In this document: one piece after another, positions 1 to 11,800 of the stretch | How the letters are laid out: each line of letters opens with the position of its first letter | Position numbering within the stretch: position 1 is the first letter of the stretch | Source of the DNA: Phoronis australis | Taxonomy: Eukaryota; Animalia; Phoronida | DNA: 64,000 nt | Assembly: GCA_002633005.1 (NCBI GenBank) | Contig: NMRA01000071.1 | Coordinates: forward strand, 154,976-218,975 | Direction of reading: 5' to 3' | Notes under the pieces: model-generated | Databases searched by the model: none | What the model saw: only the letters and a program-made list of their open reading frames with translations | What the model was told of the DNA's origin: nothing | Translations under genes and position numbers: made by a program

Positions 1-483
1 AAATGTAATTAGGCGTCATGTTGTTACTTTCATGAATTTAAATTATTCGCTACCCCCAACAGGATTCAGTTACCAGCTAAAGGTAAAGGTAATGCATACT
101 TGCACCATTTTAGAATTTGCAAGCGTTCGCAAACCCGAATAAAAATTGTGGATGATTTTGATGTACATATTCATAAAAGACATAGAACCCTATCATGGAA
201 AGGAATATCGGGATGATATCAATTAGATTAGAGCAAAAGGCCTAATTCTGTTTTTGTTCTTTAGCCAGCTGAACAGGGCGATATGCAGATTCAAGAACAC
301 ACAAAACTAAAAGCCATTTTAATCTAAACTAGATCCCTGCCCATGTGTTAAAATTTACTTAGTCCACTATCAAATATGACTTACATTCTTCATTCTCCAA
401 ACATTGCCACCTACATTTTAGTATAATCAGCAATAAATCTCAACTAAGTGAATTAATAAAAAACAACCACAGTTTTAAGTCGA

Positions 484-528
484 CTTGACATGTTTCGGTG
501 TCATTTATTCAAACACCATCATCAGAAG
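484..528 (-). ncRNA. minimal hammerhead-ribozyme-like motif
   Basis: Minus strand reads CTT-CTGATGA-T-GGTGT(loop)ACACC-GAAAC-AT-GTC-AAG: core boxes, 5-bp stem II, palindromic minimal stem III, only 3-bp stem I. Confidence 0.55.
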
Positions 529-747
529 AGAGAATACAGTGGCCAACCAGGACCAAGGAACATCTAAATTCTGACAGAAGTTCACATGTAAATATTCGTC
601 TACAGAGCTCCAATCATTGTTATCAGCAGTGCTCTTTCAATGACTTTGCAATAATAGACCAGGCAATAACAACAAAGGACCTTAAAATTCCTGAGGCTCT
701 GCACATCAGTTGGTGCAAGCCCATTTTCAGTAGGCAACTGGCATACC

Positions 748-1137
748 CAAAGTACCTAAACTACACGGTCAACGGACTCATAAACACGGACACGGATGCA
801 TGAACACGACTCACGGACCTGCAAACACCATCCACTCAGACTCACAAACACCGGAACGGACTCATAAAACACGATCCACGCACTCAAATACACGGGACAC
901 GGACTCATATTCATGAGGAAACACGGTTAACGGATAGCCAAACACGGGTCACAGACTCATCGGCTTCCTGGGTCAGCTGACATCTCCATTTTGTCCGTAA
1001 ACCGTGTTTGGCGGTCCGTTAACCGTGTTTCCTCGGGAATATGAGTCAGTGGACGGTGTTTGCAGGTCCGTTAGTTGTGTTCATGCATCCATGGGCCATG
1101 TTTATGAGTACGTTAACCATGTAGTTTAGGTACCTTG
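748..1137. mobile_element. foldback MITE, family A, copy 1 (5-bp TSD ATACC)
   Basis: Termini caaagtacctaaactacac / atgtagtttaggtaccttg, long internal inverted arms, ATACC at 743-747 and 1138-1142. Confidence 0.88.
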
Positions 1138-2839
1138 ATACCACAGGTTGTCATCGTTGGTCTAGTTTATTGTCACTCCCTGTAACTGACTGTACCTGTG
1201 CTTCATTACTTGTTGCTGGGCCTAGCTAGGTGGCCACTGTATTCTCTCTTCTGATGACGGTGTTTGAATAAATGACATCGACTTAAAACCGTGTTTGTTT
1301 TTATTAATATATGCTGCTACTTGCTGTCATGAAGAACTAAGTGAATGCAATGAAAATGGGCACGAGTTGATGCCATCTCACCTTCTGTTTAAAAAACCTT
1401 AACAATTTCATTTAAACCAATGATGCAACTTCCAGGTGCCAGTTGAGCCATTGCTGTACCAACTATTAGCCATGACAACAAAAGGTTCAGATTGTTTTCT
1501 CTTCCACAAATGGGTATACAAATGATATCAAAGCCGCACAGAGTGCAGTTGTGCACTGCAACTGATGTAGTAGCACACTGCAGTTGTACAATACAACTGA
1601 TATAGCAGCACAGACTGCAGTTGTGCAAACCAGATATTCTTTAAGTATCTTGCAGTCACTTTCCAAAATAAAAACAAGGAGTCAGCTGCAGATCACCAGC
1701 AGATGTCACTCCGGTCACATCCACCAGTTCGAAAAAATGAAAGTAGCATATTGATCATTCAAGTGACTAGCACAACTTAAATCAACTGAGTGAAAGTAAA
1801 ACAACAAATCATTCTAGTGATTACTGACACTTCAACAGAGGACTGACTGTAAACAAATAGGCAAGAGTAATACATGCACCATGACAACTTTGGCCATGGA
1901 ATACCCACTAACTAGACTGTCTTGTCTATCAGAGATCTCAGCCATCACACTGGCCAGTCACTAATTTGCAAGAGAGAATATAAGATTATCTCACCTTTCA
2001 TTGCTTTACACAAGATTAAGTGAAATGTTAAAGTATTTATTTGATGAAAGGTAAAAAGTTAAAATTTTGCATCGTGAGAATATTTGATAAAATGTTCAGT
2101 ACGTGCAAAAACCAAATAGTTGCATTAAACATTTCGGATGTTTTAATCCATTATGGCTAATTCATGAGGGTTGTGCCAAGGTATGACCAAAACTGTAGAA
2201 GTGTGAATATGACAGAGAAAGTTCAGTTAAAGAGACCTACAACTGTAAGTACAGAGAACTCATGCTTTATTTAAGTCTGGTGGGCTAACATCTCATTAAA
2301 TTCCCATAATAACTAAGCTGGAATGTTATGACACCATAATTCAGAGCATGATGTCAAAATGAAGGACAAATGCCTGATAAATTTAAGTTGAGCAAAAGCT
2401 TGTAAATTTGAAACAAGAGAAAGACAAATAGCAAACAAGACAAAAGTTAGAGAAGGTTGAACAAGATAAAACACTTTTTGTGTGATTACAGCTACACCTA
2501 CTTTGACACACATAGTCATGTGACATTAGGAATCCCATAATGCATCAAAGGTTGGTTCAGATATTAAATAGTGAATCTTGTGTAGGTGGTCGGGACAGCG
2601 AAAAACAACAAACCCCAAAAATAGTGACCCATTTAAAAATCACCCAAAGAGTTAATAGTGTTTACTGATTTAGCAGACAAGGCGTTTTCACTCTGACACA
2701 AAACTTTGGAGGGTTGATTAGAGCTACAGGGCATTATTTTGTTGAATCAATGATTTAGTTGTAATCATTTGCTACTAGACTAAAGCAGTGTATCTGTGTA
2801 TTATGGAAATGAGATGCGAAGGAAAACAACACAAAGTAC

Positions 2840-2848
2840 CTTCATCAC
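2840..2848 (-). CDS. unc-13: 9-nt microexon GTGATGAAG (VMK)
   Basis: Long pyrimidine tract containing TGC (tcatcttgctctctctcag), AAG|gtactt donor, phase 0, directly after PLVSDL. Confidence 0.8.
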
Positions 2849-5800
2849 CTGAGAGAGAGCAAGATGAGAAATGAAATAATTAAACACACAGGCGCACGTG
2901 AAAGCCATCAAGTTAGGGGAGATCAATGTCAAAATCAGAGACACATCTTGGTGACTGAGATAACTATGATATGAAACTTAAAATGAGAATTACAATGTAA
3001 CACTGCTTCATTGTGAACATAACACCCATGGCTACCACTGATATTTCTGCATAGCTAAATGTTTCCATCAAAGATTCATTCAGCCAACTAAAAATTTGAC
3101 CGGCATTTTGAATATTCATACTGAGAATCAACTAAGGTTGAACAACAAGAACTCTGTATAAGTGTCAGGTTAAACAAGACGCCAGCTTGATAATACTGAT
3201 GGAAATACTCCGTGTCATATAAATGGTGGTATGCAGTCTACTTACTAAGTCACTGACGAGTGGTATTGACTTCTTGCGTGGTGTGATCTCTGGCATACTA
3301 TCGATGCTTGTGTAGAATGAAGAGTGTTCCAAGAACCTAATAAAGAAACATTGAGTCGGCAAGTAATACAAAATGTTGGACAGACTCTATGTAAGAACCC
3401 CACTCTCTCTCAACAAATGATAACATCCCTTACTGGTTGACAGACTCTATGTAAGAACCCCACTCTCCTTCAACAAATACTAACATCCCTTACTGGTTGA
3501 CAGACTCTATGTAAGAACCCCAGTCTCTCTCAACAAATACCAACATCCCTTACTGGTTGACAGACACTATGTAAGAACCCCAGTCTCTCTCAACAAATAC
3601 CAACATCCCTTACTGGTTGACAGACTCTATGTAAGAACCCCACTCTCCTTCAACAAATAGTAACATCCCTTACTGGTTGACAGACTCTATTTAAGAACCC
3701 CACTCTCCTTCAACAAATACACTCAGCCATTACTAGCCCCATATCAATCTCTATCTTCTAAGTACACCTAACAACTGCTGTACTGCACCTGTACATAAAC
3801 CATGTCAAATGAAGTCACCATTATTTAAGGGATGACCATTGATAGATATTATCCAACTTTTCAATTGGGTGCCCTTAATTACAAACCCTGTCAACTAACT
3901 TCCTCTTTTCATGTATAAACATGTCAACTGACTCCGTCTCTATTCATAAGCCCTGTCAACTGACTCCCTGTCTCTATTCATAAACCCTATCAACTGACTC
4001 CCTGTCTCTATTCATAAACCTTGTCAACTGACTCACTGTCTCTGTTTATAAACCCTGGCAACTGACCCACTCCCTGTGTTTAAAAACCCTGTCAACTGAC
4101 TCACAGTCTTTATTCATAAACCCTGTCAACAAACTCACTATCTATTTGTAAACCCTGTCAACTGACTCACTGTCTCTATTTATAAACCCTGTCAACTGAC
4201 TCACTGTCTCTATTTATAAATCCTGTCAATTGAATCACTGTCTCTATTTACAAACCCTGTCAACTGACCCACTGTCTCTATTTATAAACCGTCAGCTGAC
4301 TCAGTCTCTATGTATAAACCCCATCAACTGACCCACTGTCTCTATTTGTAAACCCTGTCAACTGACTCACTGTCTCTATTTATAAACCGTCAGGTGACTG
4401 AGTCTCTATTTATAAACCATGTGAACTGACCCACTGTCTCTATTTATAAACCCTGTCAACTGACTCAGTCTCTATTTATAAACCCCATCAACTGACCCAC
4501 TGTCTCTATTTATAAACCCTGTCAACTGACTTGCTATCTCTATTTATAAAACCTGTCAATTGAATCACTGTCTCTATTTATAAACCTGTCAACTGACCCA
4601 CTGTCTCTATTTATAAACCATCAGCTGACTCAGTCTCTATTTATAAACCCTGTCAACTGACACACTGTCTCTATTCATAAACCCTGTCAGCTGACTCTCT
4701 GCATCCATTTTTCAATACATATCAACTAATTCCTAATCCTTATTTATAAACTGTCAACTAATCCCCCCCCCCATTCCCTAATCATATCCCATCTTGTACT
4801 CACCCTCCATTGGCAAACTTGGACCACGAGTACTTGTTTCGTCTAGGAAGCTCACCCACAAGGTCACCATTTTCAATGTCATTCTGAAATAACACATAAA
4901 ACTACACAGATCCTGTCGGTTATCTTTTTCAAATTGTTCTAAGCACACAAAATAGCTACATTAAAATGTACACAACATGACTGTAGTACCTCAAAATAAA
5001 TTTTATTATTATATCTTACTTGATTTCAGTGCCTTTAGTGCACAGCTCATAAAGAAACACGCAAAAATTGAAAAAATAATAATTATGTACAACGTCATGG
5101 GTTGAACCCAAGTCGTTCACCATACTGTTCCGATCAGAGACAAAGTGTATAGAGTGAAGAGAAAGCAAAGTACATTTAGCGTCGAGAAGGTTCGTAGAGG
5201 GATCAAAAGATGTGTTTCCGGAGGCTGCAGCAACAGCAGCCAGGCGGAGAATGTCTCGGTGTTCCGAAGGACACCAAAGTTGCGCAGAAGTGGTATCGCT
5301 TCGTGCGCCGAACGAGAGTGTGGGACGTCATCGTGGACCAAGCGATTCGGTCCGGGGCCACTCTATGTTCTGCCCACTTTGAGGACTCGTGTTTTGACTC
5401 CAGTCACAGGAGATGTTACGATGAAGGCCTGGTTCAATAAAGGACAATATTTATCATTCAGAAACATCAGCTCCTAATTCAGGATCGTCTGTTGGATGAC
5501 TGCGTTGACTCGCCGAGCCCGAGGCCGCTTCTCTCGCGGGAGGATCCAATTCGTAAGGCTCAAAGTAGAAAAGTACGCTGCCGGAAGCACATTAAACTTA
5601 TTCTCGCTTTCGTGCAACCCCATTTTCTCATCCTGGTCACCATTCCCGTACGTTTCTTCATAGAATTCGTTCAATTCTTGCTCATAATCGTCGTCGCTTT
5701 CAAATTCCCCTGCTCTCCGCCATTGTTCAATGCTAGTCACTGATCTCTTGTGTTCAACCCATGACGTCACATAGCGGGAAATGTGAAAATTGGCAAAATT

Positions 5801-8800
5801 GAAAGAAAAATCAAAATTTCGAACTAATTACACAAAATAAACATGGGTTTAGCTAAATTTTACAATACAATCAATTATTTCAAGACACGTTCTAGTGATC
5901 GGAAAAGTCATTACACAATCTCAGAGGAATCGGAACAATTTGGAAACAGCACCTTCTGTAGACAAAATTTGTTGGACACACAATAACGTTCATGATTAAT
6001 AATTTTCAACAACATTTGTTCAAGCACACTGTATCTCTGACAGTCATTTGTAGAATAGAATAAAACGGACAGCCATTCGTAGCGCAAGAATAAAGCGGAC
6101 AGCCAAGAGACAAATAAAACTAATGATGGGTATGACATCTATATGTTTATCATTAGTTGTCTTAAGTCGGTGGCCTCTGCTTTATTGTTATAGTACAAAC
6201 AACCTTCTGACATACAGAGAGCTCCAGCAAATATTATTGAAAATTATTAAGTGTAGACAATGTTGTGTGGTCCAGCGAACACTGTCCTGGTATTAAGATC
6301 TACAATAAAAAGCTTAAAAGTCATTCATTCACAGTTATCACTGGCATAATATCAGACACAGTACATGTCATTCAGTCAGTCATCATTAACTGACATCACG
6401 ACAGACACAGTACATATCATTCAGTCAGTCATCATTAACTGACGTCATGACAGACACTGTACATATCATTCAGTCAGTCATCATTAACTGACATCGTGAC
6501 AGACACAGGCATTGTCATTCACTCAATGTCACCCACCAGTCACCATGACACTACATTTTCAACACATAACGCTTGTAGATATTTCCACTCATAATGACAC
6601 TGTCATACAACAAAAATAATGGTCACACACATCTGCAACATATTTAAGTTAGTCAGTTGTCTGCAGGCCTGTGTATATCATTTTAATACACACATTTGTA
6701 ACATATTTAAGTTAATCAGTTGTCTGCAGGCCTGTGTATATCCCATTAAATATACACATGTAACAAATTTAAATGAATCAGTTGACCGCAGGCATGTGTA
6801 TATCACTTTAATATACACAAGTGTAACAGATTTAAGTTAATCAGATGTCTACAGACCTGTGAATATCAATTTAATATACACAAGTGTAACACATTTAAGT
6901 TAATCAGATGTCTACAGACCCATGTATATCACTTTAATATACACAAGTGTAACACATTTAAGTTAATCAGATGTCTACAGACCTGTGAATATCACTTTAA
7001 TATACACATGTGTAACGCATTTAAGTTAATTAGTTTTCTGCAGACCTGTGTATATCAATTTAATATACACAAGTGTAAGATATTTAAGATAATCAGATGT
7101 CTGCAGACCTGTGTGTGTCACTTTAATGTACACATGTGTAACACATTTAAGTTAATCAGATGTCTACACACCTGTGTATATCAATTTAATATACACATGT
7201 GTAACATATTTAAGTTAATCAGTTGTCTGCAGACCTGCGTATATCAATTTAGTATCTTACTTCAGCTTCCTCCATATTTGGGTTGTTCCCATTCTCATCT
7301 TTGACAGTGACTTCTGAACTTTGACCTGTTACCATGTGGGTACCAACAATGCTGGTTATTGTACTACACTTTAATAGCCTCACACCTTCCTCAATATCTA
7401 AACTCTGAGCACTGTTCAAGCTGATTCCTTCTATTTCCACAATACACTCTTGGCCAGAGATGTGCCCACTGTCTGCTAGGCTCAAACTCATGGTCAAATC
7501 ATCACTGTCTATACTACTGACTAGCTCCCTCTCTGCAACAGCATGCGAACTAATTTCTCGTTTCATCTGGTTGCGGAAGACCCGCATTTTCTTCCGGCTG
7601 AAGCCTGGAATCAGACTTGGTAATCCTGGGCAGATCAAGCTGTACTGGGTTCCCATGGTGACAAGACACAGTACAGCCAATCACAAAATACTGTAAACTT
7701 TAAGGAAAATACCGCATTTACAATACCAGTGCACTTTGCCATATGCAATGCAATAGCAGACTTAATCTTAGTTTGGATGGTCACAACAGACACACAAGTG
7801 CACATCGTAATCAAGGCTCATCAACTTTGTAGACTGAAGCATTCCACTTGAAAAATAAAAATGATGAAAAGGCAAACCATACAAGGTACATTCAATACAA
7901 TCCATCATTGAGACATAGACAACCAATTGTCAATAAATCAAGTCATTAATATTAGAGCAGCATACTATTTGCAAATCTGCTTTATATCCATAACAATTGT
8001 GTTTATTCAGCAGCCAATCAATACTTAGCTAGTCTTAAAAGGCATATTCTAATACTACACTATCACCAGCATACATAAAACAAATGCACATTTAGGGAAG
8101 TGTCTGTTACCATAGTTACCACACTCAGTTGACATTAGTGGTGGAATCAGTTTCACACGATAAATCACAATTTAGTGTCTTAATACCTCTAGATAAATCG
8201 TGATCAGTTTCACAGGATAAATCGCAAGCAGTATCACAGGATAAATCCCAAGCAGTTTCAAAGGATAAATCACAATTTAGTATCTTAGTACTTATGGATA
8301 AATTATAATCAGTTTCAATGGATAAATCACAAGCAGTTTCACGGGATAAATCACAATTTAATATCTTAGTACTTATGGATAAATTGTAATCAGTTCCGTG
8401 GATAAATCGCAAGCAGTTTCACAGGATAAATCACAATTTAGTATCTTAGTACCTATGGATCATTTATCAATTTCACTGGATAAATCACAAGTAGTTTCAG
8501 GTAAATCACAATTTAGTATCATAGTACCTATGGATAAATTGTTATCAGTTTCACTGGATAAATCACAAGCACTTTCACAGGATAAATCACAATTTAAAAT
8601 CTTAGAACCTTTGAATTAATGATCAGTTTCACATGATAAATCCCAATTTAGTATCTTAGTACCCATGGATAAATTGTTCGGTTTCATTGGATAAATCACA
8701 AGCACTTTCACAGGATAAATCACAATTTAATATCTTAGTACCTTTGGATTAATGATCAGTTTCACTGGATAAATCACAATTTAGTATCTTAGTACCTATG

Positions 8801-11800
8801 GATAAATTGTTATCAGTTTCACAGCATAAATCACAGAAGCAATTTCATACAACAAATCACCAGCATGATGCAAAGGTCAAGGTAATAAGTAAAATACTAT
8901 GCAGGTGTGAGACAAGATAGGTCAATAACACAAGGCTTCTTTACCCTTGTGTTATTTATATATCAAGCCTCACCTTTTACTTGTTACATTGACCTTAACA
9001 TCACATTGGTTCCTGTACCTTTGAGAATGAGCACTGTACCTCGAAACATGTCAGGAAAACTAAGTTGTGTACTATTTGGCTATTCATTAAAAGTTTGTGA
9101 GTTTAATAAAAACTGAAGTTACAAATGTTTACAACTTAGCTTACATAAACAGACTGAATAACCTTCAAAATTCAAGTTGTATAGAGACCTGGGTGACATC
9201 TGTTGCCACCCATGTAACATTGGCCGGTATCTATTGTCAAACATAATGGCCTACTTTGAGATGAGTGTGCACCAATAATTGTCAGGACCATACTTACATA
9301 TTTCAATTATGTCTTCAAACAAATCTATTTCCAGTAAAAGATTTCTTTTCAATACTAAGAATGCAAAATCATTACTTGGAGAAAATATTTTCCCAAGTAT
9401 GTTGCTCTGGCATCAAGTTTGTTTTCTTGTTTGTTCGCACTCTACAAGTCGGATGTTTCGTCCAATTTCCACAAAATTCACAATCAATCTCTAGTTCCAA
9501 ATAAGTGGGAACCCAGTAATTTTTCGTCACGATCAGATTCAAGATGGCGGACGTGGTGGCCATTTTGTTTTCTAACTCAGATTCAAACACTCCTAGGGAC
9601 CACAATTTTTGACGTATTCGGCCGATTATTCTAGCAGACGAGTACTACGGATGTGTCATTAATCAACCACTTCCAGTCAGAGATGGTGATAATATCATCC
9701 ATTGCGTATGGGCACTTCGATGTTGGGATGGAAACGTTTCCTCTTGAAGATGGCGCATTCCTGGACAAATTGATTAGAAAATTTTCATGCGTTAGTTTCC
9801 TGCAGCTAGGTGTTATCGAGTACAGGTTTAACCGTAAGTTGTTTTCAAAATGGTGAATATGACACATTTTCATCAATTTTCAATTGTGCTGGGGTGCCAT
9901 TTGAATGTGAAGAGGAAATGATGTGAATTTTTACATGTGGATTCTCTAATGTATACTCTTTCAAATGAACATTTTTTCCTTCAGTTATTTGACTTTCCAT
10001 TTAAAAAATGCAAAATTTGAAAATTTTAAACAATTTTTTGGAATTTTGTGAAATTGATCTGTTAGCTTCAAACAGGTTTATAGAAGATGTTTTTCATTTT
10101 TCGCTATGTCTCATTTTCGAATTATTCAGGATTATCTGATGACGGTGTTCCTTTGTTGACTGATTTTTGCTGCACTTTTGTTGGTTTACATTCTATTGAA
10201 CAAGACTGTATTTCTTACTCATTTCTGACATATTCATTCATTATATGATTGTTATCACCATGCTCATCATTGTCATTGCCATCTCCATCATCGTCTTTTT
10301 CGACAATTTCGCCAAGTGTCCCTCCTCTGAGCGATTTCATTTTTTATACTTTGGTTTTGGTCGACAGCATGGCAGGTTCACACGACACTGTATTTTCAAA
10401 ATAAGGGAAACAGGTTAGCTGATTTGCAAGAAAAGGTGATTAGTTTCCTGCTAAACCTGTTGTTGAACCACTGACCACATGCTCCACAACCACTTAAGCT
10501 GTAACTTCATGCTTGAAATCCATAATTGGCCTCATATATATGCCTGTTCATGTTGACAGAATTACTACCCTGGGACTGCAGTCAAATCCTTGTAGTGCTC
10601 AAAATCAAAATTCAAAATCATTTTCGACATTTTCCATTTTAGGCTGTGTTGACACAGTGCTTTCCCCCCCCCCCCCCCCNNNNCCCCCCCCCCCCCCACT
10701 GCTGAGGGTAGCAGTGGATACGTGGATGGCCAGTCTAGACACATCACCGCAGTAAATACAATAACCACAACTATCAGAAGATTCATATCCAAAGAAATGC
10801 AAAATTTACCAGCTATCCAATACCAAACATCCTCTTTAAGCTATAAGCTGATGAAGAACCATGTTTACATAGAAGAACCATATCTCTCTTGTTTATTCAG
10901 ACAACTATTAAATACACACAGCAGCACTCCAATGTCAGGAGTAGCAGTAGAGCCAGTAATCCATTGATTCACACATTCAACAGATATAGGATGTCAGTAC
11001 AGAGTCCTTCCCTACAACATGCTGACTGTTCAAGACCAGACTCCCCTTGTGTCATGTCGCTGACTATGAACAGTGCTACACACTGGTCATATGCTTTTGA
11101 TAGTAAAAAATATTGTATTTCATGAAAGCAAAAGTAATTAAAGTTTCAATTTTTTGTTAAATTTGACAAATTTCTGATTTGATGAGCGCTACCTAGTGCC
11201 AAAACTTGGAACTCCATTGCAAACATTTTAAGACTGTAGTGTCATTCAAGTTTTCAACAGAAATGCACAGCATAATGCCAAGCTGACAATGCTACAAGTT
11301 AATTTGATAAAACAATTGCAAATCTTTCATAGGAGTAACTGACAAGCATTTATATATCCAAAATTCATTCATAGACAAGATGAAGACATAAAGATACACT
11401 ATCCAGATGTTTCAAATCATTATTAAGTTTAACAAGTTGTATTACATCAACATCTCTCATGACTTACTTGGTAAATTGAACATTAAAAAGTGAACCCTAA
11501 AGTTTCAAATGAATGAAAAGTCTTACTGTCATTTCAATTGGATAGGAACCGACTAACCCAAAACATGTTTGAATGCTTTTGTTGAAGATACACAAACCAA
11601 AAATATGATAAGAATACCTGTTAATTAGCAAACGCAAAAGTTTTGTAACATGGGTTTAGCTAAATTTTACGTCATACAATTAGTCTGTGGCCACCGGTAA
11701 TTCAAAATGTGCAAAATTCCATGGTGTGTACTGTTTAATGTCAAAGGCCAGTGGCCTACAAATCAAGTAATATAGCAATGACTACTATATTGGACAGTGT

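Larger units (their letters stand above)
452..1330. mobile_element. inverted pair of Penelope-like terminal-repeat fragments
   Basis: About 452-550 is the reverse complement of about 1225-1308 (ggccactgtattctctcttctgatga..gtgtttgaataaatgaca). A related fragment lies near 56230-56440. Confidence 0.65.

Noticed and set aside
1376-1400. ttttttaaacag AAG gtgaga, a possible 3-nt exon
   Set aside because: Too short to distinguish from chance without reads.
1389-1628. ORF containing TAMAQ as the next unc-13 exon
   Set aside because: The acceptor phase does not fit and the peptide does not resemble the expected segment leading to C1.
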